From NCBI GenBank assembly GCA_964016885.1, contig OZ024745.1:5394001-5458000 (forward strand): a stretch of 64,000 nt of DNA, given 5' to 3'. The position numbers were made by a program, and so were the translations under genes. Numbering within the stretch: the stretch's first letter is position 1; every line of letters starts with the position of its first letter. Source of the stretch: Eledone cirrhosa. Taxonomy: Eukaryota. The notes below the pieces were generated by a model. The model saw only the letters and a list, made by a program, of their open reading frames with translations, did no database searches and was not told the DNA's origin. Below are positions 1-12,967 of this stretch, in pieces.

Positions 1-1482
1 TGGATGGCTGGCTGGGAAAATTTGAATCAGCTCAGTGGTACATTTTAGCAGAGAAGAATGGCAAAGTGTCTTATCTCTTCAATATTTTCAGATTGAATGA
101 ATTAGGTTAAAGACAGGGTAGTAAGCCTTAAAGAAGTGCATAGAGGGGGGGGGGGGGGGTAGGAACTGAGGGTCGCATGGTAAATAACTGAGAGAGATAC
201 AATAGGATTAGAATACCGCATGGTAAATATCCAAGTTAATAAGTTAATACTACATCAGTAAAATTAACAATAATAACGTCATGAAAAAAGCTACTAAGAG
301 AAACCCTCGAAAATTTATCGCTAATACAGCAGGGAAAATTTAACGCTAATACAGCAGGGAACATCATAATATTAACGACATGAAAAAGCTACTAAGAGAA
401 ACCCTCGAAAATTTATCGCTAATACAGCAGGGAAAATTTAACGCTAATACAGCAGGGAACATCATAATATTAACGACATGAAAAAGCTACTAAGAGAAAC
501 CCTCGAAAATTTATCGCTAATACAGCAGGGAAAATTTAACGCTAATACAGCAGGGAACATCATAATATTAACGACATGAAAAAGCTACTAAGAGAAACCC
601 TCGAAAATTTATCGCTAATACAGCAGGGAAAATTTAACGCTAATACAGCAGGGAACATCATAATATTAACGACAATATGTAGGCTAAAATACCTTCGTAG
701 ATTAGGTGGATGGCTGGCTGGGAAAATTTGAATCAGCTCAGTGGTACATTTTAGCAGAGAAGAATGGCAAAGTGTCTTATCTCTTCAATATTTTCAGATT
801 GAATGAATTAGGTTAAAGACAGGGTAGTAAGCCTTAAAGAAGTGCATAGAGGGGGGGGGGGTAGGAACTGAGGGTCGCATGGTAAATAACTGAGAGAGAT
901 ACAATAGGATTAGAATACCGCATGGTAAATATCCAAGTTAATAAGTTAATACTACATCAGTAAAATTAACAATAATAACGTCATGAAAAAAGCTACTAAG
1001 AGAAACCCTCGAAAATTTATCGCTAATACAGCAGGGAAAATTTAACGCTAATACAGCAGGGAACATCATAATATTAACGACATGAAAAAGCTACTAAGAG
1101 AAACCCTCGAAAATTTATCGCTAATACAGCAGGGAAAATTTAACGCTAATACAGCAGGGAACATCATAATATTAACGACATGAAAAAGCTACTAAGAGAA
1201 ACCCTCGAAAATTTATCGCTAATACAGCAGGGAAAATTTAACGCTAATACAGCAGGGAACATCATAATATTAACGACAATATGTAGGCTAAAATACCTTC
1301 GTAGATTAGGTGGATGGCTGGCTGGGAAAATTTGAATCAGCTCAGTGGTACATTTTAGCAGAGAAGAATGGCAAAGTGTCTTATCTCTTCAATATTTTCA
1401 GATTGAATGAATTAGGTTAAAGACAGGGTAGTAAGCCTTAAAGAAGTGCATAGAGGGGGGGGGGTAGGAACTGAGGGTCGCA
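1..1482. repeat. Higher-order tandem repeat: 706 and 604 bp units plus a partial third, containing 4 or 3 copies of a 98 bp subunit
   Basis: TGGATGGCTGGCTGGG recurs at 1, 707 and 1311; subunit ATGAAAAAGCTACTAAGAG at 281, 380, 478, 576 and 983, 1082, 1180. Confidence 0.9.
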
Positions 1483-1554
1483 TGTATATATATATACATA
1501 TGTATATATATACATATGTATATATATATACATATGTATATATATATACATATG

Positions 1555-1586
<32 letters not shown>

Positions 1587-1588
1587 CC

Positions 1589-1620
<32 letters not shown>

Positions 1621-1624
1621 TATA

Positions 1625-2110
1625 TAATTATAATGAAATGACAGGAGGCTGGACTTGTGTAAATCCTTGAAAGGTTTATTATACTATGATCATTTCAATG
1701 ACCGGGTTCCGTATGAATTCGGTGATATCATCAGGCATTCGAAATATAATAAGTGAATGTAATAGATAAAATCCATGGGGCTGAAAATCAAGGACCAGAG
1801 GGCGACCGCCATCCAGCATCTTCTACCTTTGCCGGTCGCCCTCGAGTGACGTGGCTAAAACTTACAGTGTGCTACTACAGGTCAGATAAAGGAAAACAGA
1901 AAGGGATGGGAACACAAGTTAGCGTTAATATCATGCCACAAGAAAAGAGAAAGAAAGAAAGAAAGAAGAGAGAAGGAAGAAGAAGAGAAGCCAGGGTTAA
2001 TGTCAGCTATAAGAAGAAAGACAGAAAGAAAGAGGAGGAAAGGTCGGTATTACAGTCAGGCCAGGATTGTCGTGAAGAAATTTTTTATTCTAAGGGACCC
2101 GTATCTTAAC
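1625..2110 (-). mobile_element. Probable solo 3' end (pLTR) of a Penelope-like element
   Basis: Pyrimidine-rich on the minus strand, ends with a hammerhead followed by AATAAA, then a (TA)n tract; same layout as the 3' ends of coding PLEs in this window. No coding sequence. Confidence 0.6.
1681..1738 (-). ncRNA. Type I hammerhead ribozyme
   Basis: Minus strand: AUGC-CUGAUGA-long stem II (ACCG..CGGU)-GAAA-UGAUCA-UA-GUAU; stem I AUGC/GUAU, palindromic stem III AUGAUCAU. Confidence 0.8.
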
Positions 2111-2115
2111 AACTA

Positions 2116-2513
2116 CGGCTGAGTAGCCCAATTTGCATAACGAGTGGGTTAATCGGCCGGGTGCACCGAAAACGATAAACGGAAAAAATGAAGCGAAATT
2201 TCATTTCCCACTCTTAGTACGGCTGTTACTTAAATATAAGTATGTACACGTACATACATATATGTATACACTCGATATGCAAATTGGGCTACTCGGCCGT
2301 TAATATGCATAAGGTGGGTATATACGTTCAACAATCTGGCAGGATGGTATACGTTGCTGGCGATAGCTAATAAGCTTGAGACTAGTACAGAGTTCCTTTG
2401 TCAGTGTTGAACAAACGAGCAACGATGGTTGCTAGACACTGCGGCTTGGTGCGGGATGTTTGTTTACAAACACACCGAACATTATAATAAATGTTCGGTG
2501 AATCCATACTTAC
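2116..2513 (+). mobile_element. Non-coding HHR element family A (retrozyme-like), copy with inverted 5' part
   Basis: 2116-2270 matches 23835-23987 directly; 2271-2513 matches the reverse complement of about 23625-23863; ends in a TA-rich tract. Confidence 0.8.
2352..2392 (+). ncRNA. Hammerhead ribozyme with mutated core (CUGGCGA / GAGA), probably inactive
   Basis: CGTTG-CTGGCGA-T-AGCT-AATA-AGCT-T-GAGA-CTAG-TA-CAGAG; the sister copy at 23742-23782 has the intact CTGACGA / GAAA core. Confidence 0.75.
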
Positions 2514-2569
2514 ATATATATATGTGTGCATACATATTACTGTAGGTCTCTATACATATATGTATGTAC

Positions 2570-2668
<99 letters not shown>

Positions 2669-2700
2669 TATGTATATACATATATGTATATATATATATG

Positions 2701-2753
<53 letters not shown>

Positions 2754-2762
2754 GTATATATG

Positions 2763-2811
<49 letters not shown>

Positions 2812-2812
2812 G

Positions 2813-2877
<65 letters not shown>

Positions 2878-2902
2878 GTATATATATATATGTATATATA
2901 TA
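2514..2902. repeat. (TA)n/(TATG)n microsatellite, representative of many such tracts (e.g. 31121-31602, 33919-34507, 42348-42900, 51628-52502)
   Basis: Directly visible dinucleotide tracts; they produce the YIYI ORFs in the track. Confidence 0.97.
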
Positions 2903-4429
2903 TCATCATCATCATCATCACCGTTTTACGTCCGTTCTTCCACGCTAACATGGGTTAGACGGGTTGTCCTGTTGTGGGCAGTGTCTGGTCGGCTGACCAT
3001 GCCTTGCTCATACAGGAACTGATTTGGCTCGATTTCTACAGCTGGATGCCCTTCCTAACACCAACCTCATTTACAGTGAGTGCTGGGTGCTTTTTCGTGG
3101 CGCCTACACGTCCCCTTTACAGTGTGGGCTGGGTGCTTTTTTGCCGTGGCACCTCCACGACCACCTTGCGGTGGGGGGTGTGGGGGCATATTGTCTATAT
3201 GCTTCAGCTTGTACCCATGGGAGGTCGGGTACTCTGTATTACTGCGTGACGCCAGAAGTCACGGTCGTGTGTCATTGCCTTCGAGAGGTGTAATTGGGTA
3301 AGGTCGGCTTTTATCACCTCATCCCAGGTCATCTTGGGTCTCCCCACTCCGTGGTTTCCATCAACTTCTAGTGCTCTGCATCTTTTTATGCAGCTGTCAT
3401 CCTTCATACGCATCACATGTCCATACCAGCACAACCCCCTCTCCTGCACACAGCATTTGATTCCTCTTATGCTCAGTCTCTCTCTCAATTCATTTATGCT
3501 TTGTCGTTCACGTATATTACTGTTACACATCCATCGGAGCATGCAGGCTTCGTTTCTCTCTAATCTACGTAAGTTTTCCACCTTCAGCGCCCAGGTCTCA
3601 CTACCATGCAACATTGCTGTTCGGATACATGCATCATACAGTCTGCCTTTCATTCTGAGGGAGAAGCCTTTTGCAGCTAGCAGTGGTAGTAGTTCCCTAA
3701 ACTTCTTCCATCCCGTTCTTACCCTAGTTATTGTACTTTCTGAACACCCACCTCCGCTGCTAATTCGGTCACCTAGGTAGCAGAAGCTGTCTACTGTTTC
3801 TACAGAGCCCTCCCAGAGATTGGTGGTACTTGTTTCCTGTGGCTGTTTGCTGCTTGCTGTCTCAGCACAGCTGCTGCATGTGAAGCCTACATTCTTAATT
3901 AAGCTTCCTGAGATCCCGCTACATCTCTTATGTACCCATTGTTTGCATTTGAGGCAGAGAATGGAGTTCCTACCTACACTTTTCCTACATACTGAGCAAG
4001 GCCATTTCCCTGAGGGGATCTGGGTTCTGTTTTCTCGTCTACTTACAAGGACCTTAGTCTTTGTCATGTTGACTTTGAGACCCTTTCTTTCTAGTCCCTG
4101 CTTCCAAGTTTGGAATTTATTCTCTAGTTCTTCCATAGATTCAGCTATGAGTGCGAGGTCATCAGCATACAGGAGTTCCCATGGGCATCCGGTCTTAAAT
4201 TCCTCCGTTATTGCCTGCAGGACTATGATGAACAGGAGGGGGCTAAGAACAGAGCCCTGGTGGACCCCAACCTGTACGCTAAATTCCTCGCTATACTCAT
4301 TGCTAATCCTAACTTTGCTGACTGCTCCCCTATACATGGCTTGTACTACTGCTTTCACAAGCCATTCATCTACTCCTAGTTTTCTAAGAGCCCACCAGAT
4401 TACAGCACGTGGAACTCTGTCAAAGGCTT
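2903..4429 (-). mobile_element. 5'-truncated RTE-clade LINE (family RTE-A)
   Basis: ORF 3204-4358 has QGSVLSPLLF, LYADD, a PCSVC..C..C..WVHKRC insertion, [15 protein letters not shown] and GRPK.TW; (TGA)n 3' tail at 2903-2920. Confidence 0.93.
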
Positions 4430-4444
4430 ATGTATATATATATG

Positions 4445-4510
<66 letters not shown>

Positions 4511-4547
4511 TGTATGTATATATATATATATATGTATATATATTTAT

Positions 4548-5153
4548 GTCAGGTCACCAGTTGGTGCTACTGGTAACATGTATCCCAGTACAACCTGTCT
4601 CATGGTCGGGTCGTTGGCGACTAAACTGGCAGCCCCACCAAGGTTTCTTGGTGAGGAGGGTGACTTTGGACATCCTGCAGGACTAAAAACAAAACCTGTC
4701 AAAGGGCAAAGGAGCTCTTAAGAGTCAATGGCCATCCAAAATCACCGGGAGAGATGACCCCTTAGCCTTTGTCAAGGCAGAATTCTAGGAGAAGGAAAAC
4801 TCTGATATAACACCTGCAACCCTGATGGTATCCAATGATGTTGACTTGTTCTTCTTTTTGGTAAATGTCCTCTTGGTTAAGAGAGTGGGACTGGCTTTGT
4901 GCAGTGCCTTTGCTCACTATAAAAGCTTCACGGCACAGGCATTGCTTTATATCTGGAGATCTCTCTGCACTTGTTGTCACATGGTACCATGGGCCCAGCA
5001 CTATGTGTCAATAATTGTCACAGGTGTAGTGTTTGTACCAGAGTTTTCAAGTCGCTGGCTGGACTAAAAAGTCACACTCGTTCAGCGCATCGGTAGGGGT
5101 TCTCCTACATGGATATAAAGTAGTGGCCGTACTCGAAAACGAGTTGGCAGTCA

Positions 5154-5157
<4 letters not shown>
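4548..5157 (+). mobile_element. About 610 bp non-coding element resembling an RTE 5' UTR (copy 1)
   Basis: Near-identical copy with the same ends at 34508-35116; both flanked by TA tracts; contains GGAGAAGGAAAACTCTGAT, a motif I recall from RTE 5' UTRs. Confidence 0.65.
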
Positions 5158-5204
<47 letters not shown>

Positions 5205-5208
<4 letters not shown>

Positions 5209-5897
5209 AATGAAAGGTATAGAAATTGTTTTAGCGAGAAGCTAATAGTATTCTATAACATATATGCGACTATGTCGTCAAGATGGGAAAAGTAGTTAAC
5301 GTAAGATTTATGAAAAATAATTCAAACTCATCTCAAAAGAGAATCAGGATACAAATTCATCCACAGAATTTAGTGAAATCCAGGGAAAAATCAATAGACC
5401 TTTAACTCATGATAAAATAAAGTTTAAAATACTTATCCTTCAATTTGGAAAAACATCAAATGCTCTGTATTGTCTTAAAGACTATTTCATGAAAACTTTC
5501 AGTGGAGATGGTCACGGTTGGATTTCAATCGTCAGCAGAGCTCAACAGATAACCAGGGCTACCACAGAATTATAAGCCAAAAAGGGAATTCTAAAACTGG
5601 CTAGTTCACTATCATGCGTGATTATGAAAAACACACATGAGGAAAAACGGGGCTAGTGACGTCAGGATGAAAGTGAATGTTTATTTACAAGAAATAACAG
5701 TCAAATACATTCTGAAAAAAAACTCTACAAAAGGAGTTCAGCAAAAAGCAATATTATCACAGTTTTTATAAAAAAAACCGGGATTAGTCACAGATAATTT
5801 AAGCACTCTAGGAAAAGAATCCGAGTATAAGTATAAATGAAAGGTATAGAAATTGTTTTAGCGAGAAGCTAATAGTATTCTATAACATATATGCGAC

Positions 5898-5900
<3 letters not shown>
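5205..5900 (-). mobile_element. Non-coding HHR element family B (retrozyme-like), 627 nt unit with 69 nt terminal direct repeat
   Basis: 5205-5273 is repeated at 5832-5900; flanked by (TA)n; no ORF; contains a hammerhead. Confidence 0.75.
5462..5541 (-). ncRNA. Type I hammerhead ribozyme
   Basis: Minus strand: GCUCUG-CUGACGA-U-UGAAA..UUUCA-U-GAAA-UAGUCU-UUA-AGACAA-UA-CAGAGC; 6 bp stem I, hairpin stem III with one A-A mismatch. Confidence 0.8.
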
Positions 5901-5930
<30 letters not shown>

Positions 5931-6254
5931 TCTGTCTCTATACCTAACGCTTATTTTTATAAGCAGACAGTATTATTGATTTAGGCATTGCAGAAACCCA
6001 CTTTCGGAGCATTCCATCTTCCCCGAGGGTCCGGGTAAATATTTCAATCATATCTCATTTTGTTTGACCCGTTTTAGCTTGTTCGCTTTTTTGGCTATGG
6101 TGGTTAATGGCTTCTTAACCATCGTCTCAGCGTGTATGACCTTTTTAACTTATGTTTATAGCTCTGGTATCTTCTTCAGTTCCATGCACAATATGGAAGT
6201 TGCGTTTCGCTAATTTCTACCCGCCGAAATGCGATTCTCGCTAAATTATATATG

Positions 6255-6385
<131 letters not shown>

Positions 6386-6414
6386 GTATGTATATATATG
6401 TATATATATATATG

Positions 6415-7194
<780 letters not shown>

Positions 7195-7211
7195 TATGTA
7201 TGTATATATGT

Positions 7212-7982
7212 ATATGGCAGTGAAACTTGGGCATTGTGTGCAGAGGATATACGCAGACTGGAGAGGAATGAAGCTTGCATGCTCCGTTGGATGTGTAATA
7301 GTAATATACGTGAACGGCAAAGCATAAATGAACTAAGGAAAAAATTAGGAATAAGAGGGATCAGATGTTGTTTACTCGAGAGAAGACTGCGTTGGTACGG
7401 TCACGTGATAAGCATGAAAGACGACAGCTGTATAAAAAAGTGCAGGGCGATAAAAATAGACGGTAGCCAGGGAGTAGGCAGACCCAGAAAAACCTGGGAT
7501 GACCTGATAAATTCCGACCTCACACACTTACACCTCTCCAAGACAATGTCACTGGACCGAGATCTTTGGCACTACACAGCAATACAGAAGACCCGCCTTG
7601 CCTAAGTACAAAGTGAAACCTACAGTCAGTAGGCACCTCTTAACAAAAATACACCCCCGTCCCACTACCCCCACCCCATCCACACCACCCCTTTCGATGT
7701 AATATGTTGGTGCCACAACATCCAGTCAGAAATAAATGAGGTTGTATAGGTGTCACGACAAAAAAAACACACAGTCTACGCTGTAATGTGGCCGTGTAGG
7801 TAACACGGTAAAAACCTCCCAGTGTTGTTGGTGTTAGGAAGGGCATCCAGCCTTAGAAAACCCGCCAGACAGTCCTATACGAGCAAGACAACCAATCTTG
7901 CCTCAAGTGGGAAAATTCCCGTCCAAACCCATGCAAGCGTGGAAGATGGACGTTAAACAATGATGGTGATGATGATGATGAT
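7212..7982 (+). mobile_element. RTE LINE 3' fragment (family RTE-B)
   Basis: Encodes [25 protein letters not shown]; (TGA)n tail at about 7960-7982. Confidence 0.9.
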
Positions 7983-8320
7983 GTGTGTGTGTATGTATCT
8001 GTGTGTATATATATATGTGTGTGTGTATGTATATATGTATATATATGTGTGTGTGTGTGTGTGTGTATGTATCTATGTGTATATATATGTGTGTGTGTTG
8101 TGTATGTATGTATATATATAAATGTGTGTGTGTGTATGTATCTATGTGCATATATATATGTGTGTGTGTTGTGTATGTATGTATATATGTATATATATAT
8201 GTGTGTGTGTGTGTGTGTATGTATCTATGTGTATATATATGTGTGTGTGTTGTGTATGTATGTATATAGATATGTATGTATATATGTATCTATGTATATA
8301 TGATATGTGTGTGTGTGTAT

Positions 8321-8470
8321 ATCATCATTTTATGTCCACTTTTCCCTGCTTGCAAGGGTGGGACTGATTCTGGCTTGATTTCTACAGCTGGATGCCCTTC
8401 CTAGCACCAACCTCATTTACAATGAGTGCTGGGTGCTTTTTTTCCGTGTCACCTCCACGACCACTTTGCA
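8321..8470 (-). mobile_element. Short RTE 3' UTR fragment
   Basis: Shares TTTCTACAGCTGGATGCCCTTCCTA.CACCAACCTCATTTACA with the RTE-A 3' UTR. Confidence 0.7.
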
Positions 8471-8489
8471 TAGGAACCCCAGTCCCTAT

Positions 8490-8640
8490 CATCTCATTTC
8501 TACAGCTGAGTAAACTGGAGCAATGTGAAATAAAGTGTCTTGCTCAAGGAAACAACACATCACCCAGTCTGAGAATTGAACTCACAACCTTTCGATTGCA
8601 AGGCCAATGCTCTAACCACTAAGCCATGTGCCTCCATTCA
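8490..8640 (-). mobile_element. tRNA-derived CORE-type SINE fragment
   Basis: Minus strand CCTTGAGCAAGACACTTTATTTCACATTGCTCCAG; related copies at about 10015-10135, 11780-11945 and 22906-23220. Confidence 0.6.
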
Positions 8641-10247
8641 TATATGTATAGACTCACACATATACATGTTTGTGTAACTGCATGTATTTAGTTTATCTGG
8701 ATTCATTTACTAAGCTATCAAACAAGAACAAACTTTACTAAATGAAAAACAAACACTAAAAAGAAGATAATATATGAGTTTCTGATGTTAATAGATTTCA
8801 GTAGTTTTGGTAATGTTTCTAATTTTGTTAAATCAACAAATCATTGAAGTAACAGTTTATTTTCTGACTCTAGCTCTCCGACAAGACAGCATTATCTGCA
8901 TCCTTATGGGGGTCGATAAAATAAAGTACCAGTAATACACTGAGTAATTGCTGGCCTTGTGCCAAAAGTAGAAACAATTATCTGATATATAACTCTACTT
9001 TATTCCACTGAACCACCCACATGCAGTTTAATTAGCTATGGGATTAAACTGGGAATTGAAAGACAGACAATTTGAACCTGTTTATTATTTGAACAAGGTT
9101 GTGTCATATCCTTGTTAAATGATGTTTGTAAGGTTTCTGTTTCTGGAAACAGTATAAGTTTGATATGAGGAGACTTGGTTGTTTGTGGAGGATGACATCT
9201 TTCTAAGTTAAGTAGTAAAGTCAGAGACCAGGCTGTGAAATAATCTTACAATTAATTTTATGAGTAAACCTAAATATATTTATGTGGTTAGAATGTCTCA
9301 GGAATGAATCACTGGACATATTTTGTGGACATAACCAACTAGCAGAAGACCCAGGAGTAGACCCACTCTGAGCAAGATGGTTGGATAACATTCATGAGCT
9401 TGGTTGGTCTCGCTTGGTGATCTAGGAAGATCACTTGGAGATGGTTGCTTCTGACAGGACCCACTGGAAAGAATGTTGGAAGACTCCTGCCCTCATGACC
9501 CTCTCAACAAGAAAAAAAGAAAAAGAAAAAGAAAAAGAAAAAGAAAAAGAAAAAGAAAAAGATCTTTTTCTTTTCAGTTATTTTTCCCTTTGTTTTACAG
9601 TTTTTTTTTAATCCTAAGACATTTCATCACGCTCCCTGCCACAAGAGTACCACCTTCCACTATGAACTTACAGCACTTTTTTCCCTCAACTCACATGTAT
9701 GTGGTATTCAATAAGTAGGGAGAAAATATATCAGAGAGCCCCTATGTGATCATGTGGCCTGCTATATGTAGCAACCAATTATCCTTTAAATTTTACTTTT
9801 GTCTATAGTTAGCAAGAGAGCCTGTATGGGTCATGTGGCTTGCTAGAAGTAGCAACCAATTCTCTTTTAAATAACATGTTACCACTATCATACACATTAG
9901 ATTATTCACCTACAAGTGGGGGTATATCTTGTCAAATTGGACCAAGGAAGCAGTGTTCCCATTGGACTTTCCAATTGCTGATATTATCTACCAGTTACAA
10001 CTCCTGACAGAAGGAGCAATGGAAAATAAAGTATCTTGCTCAAGGACAAAATGCATTATCTGGCCCAGAATTGAAGTCACAACCTCACAATTGTGAATTC
10101 AATTCCATAACCCCTCAGCCATGCATCTTCACAACAATAGACACAATGAAACAGACAGAACAGTTAAAGGAATGAAATATACTTTGTCTGAAATACTGCA
10201 TCACATAAGATCAACTGTGAATCTCAGAATGGTCTTTGACTTGACAG

Positions 10248-10414
10248 AGTTATGACATCTGGAGCTATAGATCTGTAAATCACATCTAGTTATGACATTT
10301 GGAGCTATAGATCTGTAGATTACATCTAGTTATGACACATCTGGAGCTATAGATCTGTAAATCACATCTAGTTATGATATCTGGAGCTATAGATCTGTAG
10401 ATTACATCTAGTTA
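10248..10414. repeat. Tandem repeat of about 40 bp, 4 copies
   Basis: AGTTATGACATCTGGAGCTATAGATCTGTA(A/G)AT(C/T)ACATCT repeated. Confidence 0.9.
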
Positions 10415-11223
10415 TTTGATCAACCACTCATACTCGTTATGTCTGACTGATCAGGCTTGATCTAGGGCTATACAATAACAATAACAACTAGTATTTTACT
10501 TGTGATAAAATTTCCTTCAGCTCTTTTGATTCAAACCCACTCATATAAACGGTGATGATGATACTTTTTGGATTAAGTTTTTGGATTGATTCTAATGTTA
10601 AACTATTTCAAATAATAAATATTTAAAAAAAGTTTGTCAAAGTTAAAAGTTACAGTAACTATAGTGATAATTAGAATAAATTATGTTGAAGTTTATGAAC
10701 ACTTTGTTAACTTAAAGAACCTGAGACAAAATTTGGAAAGAATTTGGCTGATGCTTATTTTAATGTAGTTATTTTGGTAATTTATCTCTTCTAATGTGTG
10801 GACTCTTTCATCATAGACCCTATGTTGTTATCTCAATATCACCAGTACTTTGTTGTTTTAACGTAGACCATCAATTTGAATATCAAAAAAACATCATCTT
10901 TCATATACATATCATCTCATTATACATCCTTTTGATGTGTGTGTCTGTACACACACATTCATAAACATACACACCATTACACATGCATATTTCTGTGTAA
11001 TGACACAGCAAATATATTTTCTTTATAAATATATGACTTAACTTCATCACAGACTATTATATAGGAATCATAAACATTTTCCCCCATAAAAATATCGTTA
11101 TCATATTAATCTATCATGAACTGAACTTTTTTAGGCATTGTTCTAATGTTTTTCTTCTGCTGTATTGTCAACCTTTTGTCTTGCTTATATATTCAAACCT
11201 ATTCCACTTTTATTATTTTTTAG

Positions 11224-11276
11224 ACTATCTCTGACCTCCATAATATAATTCATGACTTGAAGGAGGAAATAAAAAG
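11224..11276 (+). CDS. CEP112: Exon of CEP112-like centrosomal coiled-coil protein (TISDLHNIIHDLKEEIK)
   Basis: Polypyrimidine-TAG acceptor, AG|GTAAGT donor; 53 nt ending in phase 2, completed in frame by the next exon. Confidence 0.72.
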
Positions 11277-12279
11277 GTAAGTATGGTGATAGAGCTTATC
11301 TCATTTCTTGAAATGTCTTCTGTGGAAACTGTTTTATATTTGTTTATTGGTGGTGATTGTTCAATTAATCTCCATAAATGGTTGCTTCTTCAGATGGTTC
11401 AAGAACTGGTAAACTTTAGAAAGATATAATTACCACATGGCTAATTTCTAATATTTAGGAATGGGTTTCTACAGATGTCTTCAGCTCATGTAACATTTAG
11501 TAGAGTCTAAGACAATATAGCAACTAGAACACATTCCAAAAATATATCACAGAGATGTCTACTTCGTCACTGGATTCACCAAATTGGTTTGTTTAATGGC
11601 TTAAAGAAGAATTTCAGTGATGATTTTTAAAGAAATGTAGATGATTACCAGCCATTCAAAGAATAAAGGAAAGTCTAAAGTCTGTCTCCCAGAGGTTCAT
11701 CAGGCTGGTGCTTATCCTCATTTCTGTGGTGTTAAGTGACTGAGAATACAAGACCTCCCCTGGACAGGATGCCAGTCCATAGCAGGGTTAAACCCCCAGC
11801 TATAGCTGGTACTTATTTTCAGTTGAGTGTATTGGAGCAATGTGAAATGAAATGTTTTGTTAAGGAACACAACACACAACCCAGTCCAGAAACCCATGAC
11901 ATCATGATCATAAGTCCAACATCCTTACCACTAGGTCACACACTCATTCAATGGTATGAAGGAAACAGTTTGGTATCATTGTCAGTGTTAATAACATTAT
12001 TAGTGCTATGTCATGAATTATCTTGTCAAAGAGTATTTTTATAAATGTCAACAAAATGTCATACACCTGACAACTTCTGTTGATAGAGCAACATTACAGT
12101 TTTAGAAATATTTACATAAGAAAAATATTGAATGATACTTTCTAAGTTTCCAGTGATTTAATTTCTTGGTATTCTAACCATTTTGTTTTTAGATATTTCT
12201 ACTAAACAGATTAGCTTAACTAAAGTCTAATTACTATATCTAATTTAAAATATGCATTTGTGAGTTTTATATCGAATAA

Positions 12280-12475
12280 TAATGGTTTCTGATTTAGGCA
12301 TAAGGCCAACAATTTTGGAGGAGGGGAAAGTCAAATAAATTGACCCCATCGCGTTACTGATACTTTATTTTATTGACTCCGTAAGGTTGAAAGGCAAAGC
12401 TAACCTTGGCAGGATTTGAACTCAGAACATAAAGAACCGTAACTTTTGTCTGACACTCTACCAATACTGCCATCA
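12280..12475 (-). mobile_element. tRNA-derived SINE with Meta-domain-like core
   Basis: Related to 22140-22330 and about 8900-8980; minus strand GCCTTTCA.CCTTACGG.GTCAATAAAATAAAGTA.CAG resembles the MetaSINE domain as I recall it. Confidence 0.55.
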
Positions 12476-12967
12476 ATTCGTTTGCCAGCAAACAGCTTCA
12501 TTACGCTATGTTTTTTTAGATGACCAATGACAGTATTTTGCTCTAAACAGTGGGTGTGAAATTCTGATTTTTTTTTTAACTAAAAATAGATTTTTTTTAT
12601 TCAGGAAAGATTCATCAGGTTATGCCTACAATTGTATTTTTATTTATATGTTACAATATTTATTTTAACCTGCATTGCTTTCAGTTAGGATAGAATTTAG
12701 AAGTGTTATCCACCCAGCCATTGTCCTACAGCAGATAAATGCAGTACTGCATGAAGAGAATTTCAAATATATTTCATATGACCTGAAGATTCTACAGTAT
12801 CCTAATATCCAGGGCTTGACACCTGTAGAGACCCTAAAGCTATATGAAACATGAGGCCCTTCTTTAAAAAGATTTGGTTTAAAAAAATTGAAAATAATTA
12901 TACATGATTGCTATATTTTACATCTAATGTTAATGATAAAGAATACATTCTATATATATATATATAT

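Noticed and set aside
281-675. GAG-AAACC-CTC-GAAA in the 98 bp subunit as a hammerhead
   Set aside because: No CUGANGA or UUGANAA core upstream and no stem I.
3334-4686. Plus-strand ORFs antisense to LINE RT (also 40427-41542, 43873-44439, 57288-57766)
   Set aside because: Shadow ORFs of retroelement coding strands with no independent motifs.
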